A DNA stretch of 43,691 nucleotides from a virus. Taxonomy: Duplodnaviria > Caudoviricetes. Every line of letters begins with the position of its first letter. Position 1 is the stretch's first letter. The position numbers and the translations under genes were made by a program. The notes under the pieces were generated by a model that saw only the letters and a list, made by a program, of their open reading frames with translations, did not search any database and had not been told where the DNA came from. Where the stretch lies: positions 1 through 43,691 of the IMG/VR virus record IMGVR_UViG_3300033480_000006; one strand, written 5' to 3'. Of the stretch, positions 34,523-41,790 are shown piece after piece.

Positions 34523-34800
34523 CAGAACAAGAACAAAATTTGGATGACGTAAGTCGTTGATTTCATTACATATCTCTACTTATTCTATATTTATATTAAA
34601 TAAAGTAGATAGAGATATGCATATAAACAACCACCGTAACAATAAATGCTGCGCACCGCGCTCCCATGGCTGCTCCAGATTCTCCAGCAAACCCGCAAAC
34701 TGAAACAGAAACAGAAGAACACCCCCAAAAACACCATTTTCTCCTTTAAAATCAAGGACTTACGTTGTTCTATCTGTTTTCAGCGATCCAGATCATCCAG
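34523..34800. other. AT-rich non-coding region with nested inverted repeats (candidate replication origin or attP)
   Basis: ACGTAAGTCGTTGATTT (34547-34563) / AAATCAAGGACTTACGT (34749-34765), 16/17 inverted; CATATCTCTA / TAGAGATATG (34569-34578 / 34610-34619) around an almost pure A/T core. Confidence 0.55.
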
Positions 34801-34929
34801 AACTTTCCGCCCATTCTGGGGCCAAAAACCCATCCCGGAAGCCCTAAACGTAACAACTATGCCTCCCAGTCCCCTATTAGCCAAAATCAATTGGTGTCAC
34901 CTCAACAACCGAATTAAACTCTCCCCAAC

Positions 34930-35057
34930 ATGCTGATTCAGGAGCGGCGTAGCTGCCCCAGGAAACCGGTGAAACATGAGACCAGACCCCGAGTGGGCAA
35001 CCCTCGCAAGGAATGGCACGTCGGCCGCACCAGTAAACGCCGCTCCTGAATCCGCAT
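34930..35057 (+). ncRNA. Candidate structured ncRNA / leader RNA
   Basis: Perfect 16-bp inverted repeat 34935-34950 / 35037-35052 (21 bp with 1 mismatch) enclosing short hairpins, one with a GCAA tetraloop; TAAACT -10-like hexamer at 34915-34920. Confidence 0.6.
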
Positions 35058-35085
35058 TTGCCAACGATACGAAAGGACCCCCGCC

Positions 35086-35286
35086 ATGAACGTCTACCTC
35101 ACTCTCCTTCTGAAATACGCCATATCGGCGGTGATACTCGCTTGGTTGGTGGGGCTGGTCAAAGGTTGGCACAAAGACGGTTTCTCCGGCGCGTTTCAGT
35201 CCAGCCTCTACTACGCCATAACGGTCGTGCTCTCCCTGGCCGCTTTGGGCTGCGCTGTGCTGGGTCTAGCGTTCGTTTTCAGCTGA
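35086..35286 (+). CDS. Small 2-TM membrane protein
   Basis: AAGGA SD; two hydrophobic helices. Confidence 0.75.
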   Translation: MNVYLTLLLKYAISAVILAWLVGLVKGWHKDGFSGAFQSSLYYAITVVLSLAALGCAVLGLAFVFS

Positions 35287-35299
35287 AAGGACCCCCACC

Positions 35300-35563
35300 A
35301 TGAGCACTCTCACCCAAGCCCAACGCAACCAGATCCGCTACGCCTTGGAAGACGCCGGCATCCCCGAAGTTCTGGCGTTCATGGCGGCGCGAAACGCTAC
35401 CAACCTGGACACGAAGCACACTGGGCGCCTTTCCGTCCTGTTCCTCTGGAGCCAAAGCCCCGAAGGCCACGACTTCTGGCAAATGGCGGCGGCTACCGCC
35501 GAGCAAACCTTTTCAGCGGGGGGGGCGCCCATCGAATTCCCCAACCTGAACCGCGGGTACTGA
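35300..35563 (+). CDS. Hypothetical protein, paralog of 39253-39483
   Basis: RYALEDAGIPEVLAFMAARN and FLWSQSPEGHDFW motifs. Confidence 0.8.
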   Translation: MSTLTQAQRNQIRYALEDAGIPEVLAFMAARNATNLDTKHTGRLSVLFLWSQSPEGHDFWQMAAATAEQTFSAGGAPIEFPNLNRGY

Positions 35564-35564
35564 C

Positions 35565-35867
35565 ATGCCCGTCCCCAAAGGCTCAGGCAAGCACGGCCGC
35601 CCAGCGTTCGGCCAGGCCGCCCACATCATCGCCAAGTTCGGCGGCGAGCTCACCCTGGCCGGCCTGATCGGCTGCAGCCGCATCACGGTGTTCCGCTGGC
35701 AGTACGCCCCGCCAGCCGGCACCAACGGCCTGGTGCCCCACCACCAGCAAGCCAAGATCACCGCCATCGCCCGGGAGCAGGGCGTCCTGCTCACCGCCGA
35801 AGACTGGGCCCCGCGGCGTATCCGCTACCCTGCCGAAACCAAAATCCTTGAGGAGATTCTGAAATGA
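35565..35867 (+). CDS. Cro/YdaS-like HTH transcriptional regulator
   Basis: IIAKFGG..LAGLIGCSRITVFRW...G.VP pattern. Confidence 0.75.
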   Translation: MPVPKGSGKHGRPAFGQAAHIIAKFGGELTLAGLIGCSRITVFRWQYAPPAGTNGLVPHHQQAKITAIAREQGVLLTAEDWAPRRIRYPAETKILEEILK

Positions 35868-36199
35868 ACTGCAAACCCGGAGATTTGGCCCGCTACATTT
35901 TCGACCCGGAATTTCCTGAAAATGAGGGCGCCTTTGTGGAAGTGTTGGATCAAGCGAATCCGAATGATTTTTACGGCGACTTGTCTTCCGAGTTTTACTG
36001 GGAAGTACGCTGCCTGACCACGATGTTGGCGTGGAACGACAACTACAAAACCGCTGTAGCGCCAGCTTTTGCCGGGGAAGAACTGGCGGTCTCCGATCGC
36101 TTACTCCGCCCCATCCGCCCCGACGAATCCCCCGAGGAAAGCGCCGAAGCCATGCGCCGGCTGCACGACACCACGGTGAAGCAAGGAGAGCCGGCATGA
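35864..36199 (+). CDS. Conserved phage protein (MNCKPGDLA...D..LRPIR, SH3/KOW-like)
   Basis: GAGGAG SD, ATGA coupling, recognisable terminal motifs. Confidence 0.8.
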   Translation: MNCKPGDLARYIFDPEFPENEGAFVEVLDQANPNDFYGDLSSEFYWEVRCLTTMLAWNDNYKTAVAPAFAGEELAVSDRLLRPIRPDESPEESAEAMRRLHDTTVKQGEPA

Positions 36200-36474
36200 G
36201 CGCCGCGAAGCATACGCCAGGGCCGTGGAAGCGTGAGGCCAAGACTGGACGCAACCGTTTCAGAATCACTGACGCGCGGGGGCATCAAGTCGCTGATACC
36301 AACACCTACAACGAAGACGCGGAAGCGAATGCTGATGTGATCGCTGCAGCGCCTGAATTGCTGGAGGCTCTTCAAGAACTCGTTGATGGAATGACGGATG
36401 TCGAGGACAGCGAAAGCTGCGTTCTGTTCCGCGCTCGCGCCGCCATTGCCAAGGCTACCGGGAGCACATCATGA
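36196..36474 (+). CDS. Conserved phage protein (HTPGPW...ANA..IAAAPELLEAL family)
   Basis: AAGGAG SD, ATGA coupling, motifs. Confidence 0.85.
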   Translation: MSAAKHTPGPWKREAKTGRNRFRITDARGHQVADTNTYNEDAEANADVIAAAPELLEALQELVDGMTDVEDSESCVLFRARAAIAKATGSTS

Positions 36475-36836
36475 TCACACGCACCTGGCACAAAGGCCCG
36501 CCCCCGCATGTGGGGTGGTGGAATGCGAGCGCAGTGAAGGCGTTCGACTGCTGGCGTTGGTGGGATGGGAAGTGCTGGAGCGCGCCGGCATATCCGAAAT
36601 ACAGTGCCCGGACGGCCGCGGCGATGGCTCAGAAACCCGGGCGTTGGCAGTACAAGATCGAATGGTCCGACTACTACCCCGAGAACGCCCGCGTCCCGCG
36701 CAGCGATCCAGCCGAACGCCGCCCGGGATTGTGGGCCCTCGTGATGAAAATCCAAGAAGAGCATCCGAACTGGAGCCCCGAGTCTGTGGTGACTGAAGCC
36801 AAACTGCAGTGGCATCGGCAACAAAGGCAAGCATGA
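36471..36836 (+). CDS. Trp-rich hypothetical protein (WHKGPPPHVGWWNAS...WRWWDG)
   Basis: GGAG SD, ATGA coupling. Confidence 0.75.
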   Translation: MITRTWHKGPPPHVGWWNASAVKAFDCWRWWDGKCWSAPAYPKYSARTAAAMAQKPGRWQYKIEWSDYYPENARVPRSDPAERRPGLWALVMKIQEEHPNWSPESVVTEAKLQWHRQQRQA

Positions 36837-36913
36837 TCCTCGTCTTCCTTCTAGGCCTCGCCATCGGCTTCCTGCTGGGCGTGGCCACAATGTACTGGAG
36901 AGTAACACGATGA
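36833..36913 (+). CDS. 26-aa hydrophobic peptide
   Basis: MILVFLLGLAIGFLLGVATMYWRVTR; ATGA overlaps at both ends. Confidence 0.55.
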   Translation: MILVFLLGLAIGFLLGVATMYWRVTR

Positions 36914-37398
36914 AACACATTCTCGGAATCGATCCCGGCCTCGATGGCGCCCTGGCGATCGTCGACGTCGGCACACTGCAGCTGGTGGAAGTGCTGCGCA
37001 TGCCCGTCCGTGTGGTGCACAAGCAACGCAAGGTGGACGGCGTGGCGCTGGCCGACTGGCTCAGTATCATCTTGCGCCACGCCTACATCGAAGAAGTCCA
37101 CAGCCGCCCCCGCCAAGCTGGCGTATTCGACTTCGGCCTGAATACTGGCATCCTGCACGGCATGCTCTATGCCACCGGCGTCCCCTTCAGCCTGGTCAGC
37201 CCCCAGCAATGGAAGGGCCACTATGGCATTCGTCGCGTCGGCGACGAGACCAAAGCCGACAAGAAAACCGAAGCCCGGCAACTTGCCACCCAGCTCTTCC
37301 CCACGCACGCCAAAGAGTTCGCGCGGGTGAAGGACGATGGCGTGGCCGAAGCCGCCCTGATCGCGCGCTACGGCGCGGTGTTGCAAGGAGGAAAGTGA
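36910..37398 (+). CDS. RuvC-like Holliday junction resolvase
   Basis: ILGIDPG, AYIEEV, VSPQQWK, DDGVAEAALIA. Confidence 0.88.
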   Translation: MKHILGIDPGLDGALAIVDVGTLQLVEVLRMPVRVVHKQRKVDGVALADWLSIILRHAYIEEVHSRPRQAGVFDFGLNTGILHGMLYATGVPFSLVSPQQWKGHYGIRRVGDETKADKKTEARQLATQLFPTHAKEFARVKDDGVAEAALIARYGAVLQGGK

Positions 37399-37787
37399 TG
37401 AGCCTCTCCTGTGATTGCGGATACGACGACCCCGCCTGGTTCTACGAACCACAGGACGTGGCCCCGCTGAATACCAAGCGCTCGCGCAAATGCTGCTCGT
37501 GTGGAGAGCGGGTCGCTGTTGGTGATGATGCGATGGCATTCATTCGCTACCGCTATCCGGCACCTGACAGCGTGGCCGAACGCATCTACGGCGAAGGCGG
37601 CGAAGAGCCTCTGGTCCCCTGGTACCTGTGCGACCGTTGCGCCGGGCTCTATGAGTCTCTGGACGGTCTCGGGTTCTGCAACCTGCTGGGCCAGGATGTG
37701 CGCGAGTTGTGCAGGGAATACGCCGAGATGCAGCGCGACGCTGGCGTCTTTCGCGGCCAGATGATCATCAACAAGGAACCGTCATGA
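37398..37787 (+). CDS. Cys-rich Zn-finger protein
   Basis: SCDC, CCSCG, CDRC; AGGAGG SD. Confidence 0.75.
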   Translation: MSLSCDCGYDDPAWFYEPQDVAPLNTKRSRKCCSCGERVAVGDDAMAFIRYRYPAPDSVAERIYGEGGEEPLVPWYLCDRCAGLYESLDGLGFCNLLGQDVRELCREYAEMQRDAGVFRGQMIINKEPS

Positions 37788-37996
37788 ACTGCCACTACTG
37801 CGGCACCAGCAAAGACTTGCGCCCGTACGGTCCGGGTCATTCGATGGTGTGCTTTGACTGCGCCATGTCCACACCGGAAAGACGCGAAGAAACAAAGCGT
37901 AATTTCGCGGCCCAGTTGGATGCGATCGACGGCCCAGCCGTCATCGGCTCTGAGCAAGGTCCTTACCCGTTGAGGAATCACAGGAGCACTTCATGA
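37784..37996 (+). CDS. Zn-finger protein (CHYC...LRPYGP...CFDC)
   Basis: AAGGA SD; ATGA overlaps. Confidence 0.75.
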   Translation: MNCHYCGTSKDLRPYGPGHSMVCFDCAMSTPERREETKRNFAAQLDAIDGPAVIGSEQGPYPLRNHRSTS

Positions 37997-38151
37997 ACCA
38001 ATTCCCTCTCGAACGCTGGGCCAGCAAGTCCCCCGGCCGCTGGATCCTGGTGATGTGCCTCCTGTTCGCTCTGTTCATCCTCGCGTCGGCCATCGCGCCG
38101 CAGGAGGAGATGGGGGAAGAGCCGGTCATTGAATCTCAAACCACTGAATAG
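37993..38151 (+). CDS. Small single-TM protein (52 aa)
   Basis: AGGAG SD; WILVMCLLFALFILASAIA; acidic tail. Confidence 0.65.
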   Translation: MNQFPLERWASKSPGRWILVMCLLFALFILASAIAPQEEMGEEPVIESQTTE

Positions 38152-38162
38152 GAGAAAATGTC

Positions 38163-38435
38163 ATGACTGAATTGCCTCTCATCCGGGTCCAGGTAGAAAG
38201 CATGCGGATGGTCATGTTGCAAGCCTTGGACGCACGCCAGCAAGATCTGGTAGCCGTTTTCAATGCCGGCCTCGACCAAGCCATCACCGAGCTTCCGACG
38301 AAGCTGGCGCGTGAGATCAAGGCGATGTCGGAAGACATCATGCGTGAAGCGATGAACAAGGCGCTGGTTGAATACTGGGAGTCCGGAGCGGGCCGCAACG
38401 CCATCGACACGATGATCAAAAAGAAATTCGGGTGA
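38163..38435 (+). CDS. Hypothetical helical protein (90 aa)
   Basis: AGGAG SD; typical codon usage. Confidence 0.75.
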   Translation: MTELPLIRVQVESMRMVMLQALDARQQDLVAVFNAGLDQAITELPTKLAREIKAMSEDIMREAMNKALVEYWESGAGRNAIDTMIKKKFG

Positions 38436-38839
38436 CCGCCATGCCTGACCTCTTCTGCTGCATCGCTGCTGTCGGCCTGCACCTGGCCAGCGCCCACATC
38501 GATCCCGCGCCCTGGCTACAGGAGCGCGGCGTCAACAACGTCAACCCCGGCGTCGAGGTGGAGTTCACCAGCGGTGCCACGTTCGGCGCCTACAGGAACA
38601 CGCTGAATGGCACTAGCCTCTACGCTGGATACATGCATCACTTCCCGGCCATGCTGCGCGTGCATCCAGTCCTCCAGGCAGGCCTGGTCACGTACGAAGG
38701 CCGCCCCTATGCCGCAGCACTCGCCGGTGCGCAATTCCCCTTGACAAACACCTGGGACGCGCGCATCGTATACGTCCCCAAGATCGACATCACCGGCGCG
38801 CATGTGCTGCACTTGCTGGCAATCAGGAGATTCAAATGA
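38432..38839 (+). CDS. Small outer-membrane beta-barrel-like protein (PagP-like pattern)
   Basis: LHLASAH..NNVNPG..GAYRNT..SLYAGY..AGLVTY; alternating amphipathic strands; penultimate Phe. Confidence 0.6.
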   Translation: MTAMPDLFCCIAAVGLHLASAHIDPAPWLQERGVNNVNPGVEVEFTSGATFGAYRNTLNGTSLYAGYMHHFPAMLRVHPVLQAGLVTYEGRPYAAALAGAQFPLTNTWDARIVYVPKIDITGAHVLHLLAIRRFK

Positions 38840-39063
38840 ACGACCCCCTCGCTCTCGTCATCCTCTGGTGCGCTGGCATTGCCGTGCTGTACATCCTGCT
38901 GCTATGGCTGGTGTGCGAGTATGGTGACGGTGTCCTGCGCGCCCTTCTCTACAGCCCCGAAGAACTCGCTGAATACGAGGCATACGTGGCCATCGAGAAA
39001 GCGGACAAGGACGTCGCCAAGAAACTCCGCGCCGCGGGGAAGGAGATACGCCGTGAGCACTGA
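38836..39063 (+). CDS. Single-TM membrane protein (75 aa)
   Basis: AGGAG SD; hydrophobic N-terminus. Confidence 0.7.
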   Translation: MNDPLALVILWCAGIAVLYILLLWLVCEYGDGVLRALLYSPEELAEYEAYVAIEKADKDVAKKLRAAGKEIRREH

Positions 39064-39256
39064 ACAAGACAAGGCTGTAGCGCTGGCGGAGTTGGAGAAT
39101 TACAACGCTACGCGGACAGATGAACTGGCGGCATCGGTGCACTAGTGTGCTGAGTTGCAGGCGCGAGCGGATGGGTTAGAGGAACACTTGCGCGTCTGCA
39201 ACGAATACATCAAGCAGCTTGAGCGTGCCGCCATGAACAAGGATCAGAAATCATGA
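39053..39256 (+). pseudogene. Coiled-coil ORF interrupted by an in-frame TAG at 39143-39145
   Basis: AAGGAG SD and GTG start; the frame continues past the TAG to a TGA overlapping the next ATG. Confidence 0.6.
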
Positions 39257-39483
39257 CCATCACCCAAAAAGACCGCGACGCATACCGCTACGCCCTGGAA
39301 GACAGTGGAGTTCCGGAGGTGATCGCTTTCATGGCGGCAAGGAACTTGGATGGCGAGAATACATTCAGCAACCGATCAACTGCGTCTTTCATGATTGGCC
39401 TAGGTTTCATGTGGGACGATACCAAAGAGCGGGCTGATTTTTGGTATGCCATCTACCTAGAAACTATTGAGGTCTGCAAATGA
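39253..39483 (+). CDS. Hypothetical protein, paralog of 35300-35563
   Basis: RYALEDSGVPEVIAFMAARN and FMWDDTKERADFW. Confidence 0.8.
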   Translation: MTITQKDRDAYRYALEDSGVPEVIAFMAARNLDGENTFSNRSTASFMIGLGFMWDDTKERADFWYAIYLETIEVCK

Positions 39484-39842
39484 CCTCTAACACTGACAAC
39501 AAGGCGATGGAGTTGATGCCGTGCCCTTTTTGCGGAGGGAGCGCCGTATTCGACTACGACGACGCAGGCTGGAACTGGATTGTCTGCAAAGGCTGCGGTT
39601 CATGCACAGATTGCCGCGCATCGTGCGGCGAGGACTGTAAACCTTTACTCGCAGAACAGTGGAATCGCCGCGCCCACATCGAAGCCATGCAGCGAGACTG
39701 CCGGACGTGCGTGTATTTCAACATTGATGTTAATCGTTTTACAAAGGCGGTTGCATTTAAGTGCGGCGTTTCAGACTGCACCAACCACGACAAGTACCAG
39801 CCAATGCTGGAGTTCAAGCCACTGACTAGGAGTGAAGCATGA
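39480..39842 (+). CDS. Lar-family restriction alleviation-like Zn-finger protein
   Basis: LMPCPFCGG...IVCKGCG...WNRRA. Confidence 0.8.
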   Translation: MTSNTDNKAMELMPCPFCGGSAVFDYDDAGWNWIVCKGCGSCTDCRASCGEDCKPLLAEQWNRRAHIEAMQRDCRTCVYFNIDVNRFTKAVAFKCGVSDCTNHDKYQPMLEFKPLTRSEA

Positions 39843-40110
39843 GCGCCTTGATATTTGTTTTGGTAGTGCCTTGCTTGTTTCTATTCCTTGGTTATCTCGC
39901 CGCATGTTCCGGCGCTTATCGCTGGCTCTCATTATCTGAGTGGTTGGGTAAGGCGCGTTGCCGTCACGAATTTCATTTTTTTTTTTTTTTAGAAACATTT
40001 ATGGCGACGAAATTATCGAGCGTGGATGGAAGAGATCAATATGGCAGTGCCATAAATGCGGAAAACAAATCGACAGACCAGAACTTCATGACGAAAGGAA
40101 CCAGCCATGA
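39839..40110 (+). pseudogene. TM + Zn-ribbon gene frameshifted at a T15 tract (39976-39990)
   Basis: CRHEFH before the tract; RNIYGDEIIERGWKRSIWQCHKCGK in another frame after it, ending at a TGA that overlaps the next ATG (40107-40110). Confidence 0.65.
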
Positions 40111-40538
40111 CCAAGCCTGAGACTGTACTGCCCCCACTGCACGAAATGCCGGAGGTGGAAAGCCCTTGGCCGCATGTGAGGCACTCCGACACATACATCA
40201 AGGAATACGCGCAAGCATTCGCCCGCCAAGTCGTTGCTGATGTCCGCGCCAAGCTGGCCGAGAAGTCGTGGCCGGTGGGTGAGGTTGTTCTTGAGGGCAT
40301 GGGTGTGCCGGGATCGGATGCGAGGCAGGTTCGCTTCCACATGTACAAAGAAATCCCGCCTGTTGGTGCGAAGCTCTACACCCGCCCGCCCACCGACACC
40401 GCACTGCTGGAGGCGGCGATACGTGCAGAGCGCAAGATGTCAGCATATGTCGGCGTGTGTGCTGGAGACAAGGAACTGACTGATGCTGTTTTGCCTGCAC
40501 TGCGCGCCGCCATCAAGGCGCACAAGGGGGAAGCATGA
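40107..40538 (+). CDS. Mosaic phage accessory protein (143 aa)
   Basis: AAGGA SD; LPPL..P, YAQAFA, GAKLYTRP, RAAI modules. Confidence 0.75.
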   Translation: MTKPETVLPPLHEMPEVESPWPHVRHSDTYIKEYAQAFARQVVADVRAKLAEKSWPVGEVVLEGMGVPGSDARQVRFHMYKEIPPVGAKLYTRPPTDTALLEAAIRAERKMSAYVGVCAGDKELTDAVLPALRAAIKAHKGEA

Positions 40539-40642
40539 ACTACAAACACTACTGCAGTATCTGCAAAAAACTTACATTCTGGACGCGCCGTAATGGCGTC
40601 TGTACGCAATGTGGATTTGGCGAACTTAAGGTGGAAGCATGA
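40535..40642 (+). CDS. 35-aa Zn-ribbon microprotein (CSIC...CTQCG)
   Basis: ATGA overlaps at both ends. Confidence 0.6.
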   Translation: MNYKHYCSICKKLTFWTRRNGVCTQCGFGELKVEA

Positions 40643-40800
40643 AATCTCTTGTCATATCTGCAATCGGAGGATTCGGATTCGGTCTTGTAGCTTCAGTTTT
40701 TGAAAATTTCTGGCTTGGTTTCCTATTCGTCTTTCTGGCAAGCGTAGCGTTTGCGTTGGCGCGTGGATTGATGTTTAAGGAGCATGAGCATGAGCATTGA
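40639..40800 (+). CDS. Small 2-TM membrane protein (53 aa)
   Basis: ATGA-coupled; hydrophobic; ends in a (GAGCAT)3 repeat. Confidence 0.65.
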   Translation: MKSLVISAIGGFGFGLVASVFENFWLGFLFVFLASVAFALARGLMFKEHEHEH

Positions 40801-41491
40801 TACACAGTATCTGCGAGAAGCCATCCAAAAGGCTTTCGACACAAACAAACCACTTAGATTCAGCGATGAGTTCGTTGAAGAGCTGCTGGATGAAATCGAC
40901 CGTCTCCGCGCCATCGCAGACACCGACAAGGCCAGCGCAGATCACTGGCGTGCTGAGTGTGAGAGGATGCGGCAGGGCTGTGAGGCTGTGGCTGATGATA
41001 CTGAATACTACGGGCTAGAGCCGTGGGAACATCAACGCCATGTGCCGGTCGCAACGATGGTGTATCCGTCGCACTCGCCTGACAAGCCGTTTGTGGCGCT
41101 TGGTGATTGCGCTCACCTTTACAGAGACGCGGCCAAGGTGCAATCTCTCTACACATCCACACCCCTACAGGCAGACGCCTGCAAGGTGCCGCAGGGGTGG
41201 AAGCTGGTGCCGGCGGAGCCGACACCGGAGATGTTGAAAGCGGCAACTTCCAACTATAAGCACCCAGATCGGTGGGTTACGGAGCGGACAAACGTCTACA
41301 AAAGAATGCTCTCAGCAGCACCCACACAGGTGGAGAAAGCCGGGAACGGGTTACCTACCGAATGGGCTCGTGTCATTCACTACCCAGAGTGCTGGGATAC
41401 GGCCGCGTATCCCACGCTGCAAAGTGCTGTGCACGAAGTGCTAGCCTGGTCGGGGTGCGGTGAACACCGGTCTGCGCCGGATGTGGGTTGA
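40784..41491 (+). CDS. Mosaic Eaa/Ead-like accessory protein
   Basis: ELLDEIDRLR, VPQGWKLVPAEPTPEML, IHYPECWDTAAYPTL modules; AAGGAG SD. Confidence 0.75.
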   Translation: MSMSIDTQYLREAIQKAFDTNKPLRFSDEFVEELLDEIDRLRAIADTDKASADHWRAECERMRQGCEAVADDTEYYGLEPWEHQRHVPVATMVYPSHSPDKPFVALGDCAHLYRDAAKVQSLYTSTPLQADACKVPQGWKLVPAEPTPEMLKAATSNYKHPDRWVTERTNVYKRMLSAAPTQVEKAGNGLPTEWARVIHYPECWDTAAYPTLQSAVHEVLAWSGCGEHRSAPDVG

Positions 41492-41790
41492 CAACCATGC
41501 CCGGCATCCGACAACAACGCGCGACGGAGTTCCTTCAGTCCCTGCCTGATGGTGCCACCACACAGGCAGTAGCGAAGCACCTGGCGCTGGACCGGGGGAC
41601 CGTGTGGACCCTGCTCAGCAGAACCCCCTTGGTGTACATCGACAGGTGGGTGAAAAGCAAGGGAGAAGGCCGCGGGTCGAATATGTATACCGCCATCTGG
41701 TGCGCCGTCACGGTACCCGAGCACTGCCCAAGGCCAGATGGCAAAAGAGTGGCAAACCACAAGCCCAGACTACGCAAGGAGAACCCATGA
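41488..41790 (+). CDS. Winged-helix-like protein (PDGAT..VAKHL...YIDRW...CPRP)
   Basis: Motif pattern; start either TTG 41488 or ATG 41497. Confidence 0.7.
   Translation: MTTMPGIRQQRATEFLQSLPDGATTQAVAKHLALDRGTVWTLLSRTPLVYIDRWVKSKGEGRGSNMYTAIWCAVTVPEHCPRPDGKRVANHKPRLRKENP

Noticed and set aside
34574-34601. dif-like XerCD site (TTATATTAAAT resembles the XerD arm TTATGTTAAAT)
   Set aside because: The XerC-side arm does not match, the context is almost pure A/T so a chance match is likely, and the phage has its own integrase.
34646-34936. 96-aa ORF across the AT-rich region
   Set aside because: No SD, atypical composition, and it runs through the inverted repeats; more likely non-coding.
34930-35057. 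Retron msr-msd or hammerhead ribozyme interpretation of the structured RNA
   Set aside because: Terminal inverted repeats followed by AG resemble a retron, but there is no RT and no long msd hairpin. The hammerhead CUGANGA core is absent (CTGATTC lies inside the stem).
39143-39145. Genome-wide TAG reassignment
   Set aside because: Core genes are intact in the standard code and several end normally at TAG (e.g. primase, terL), so this is a single local event.
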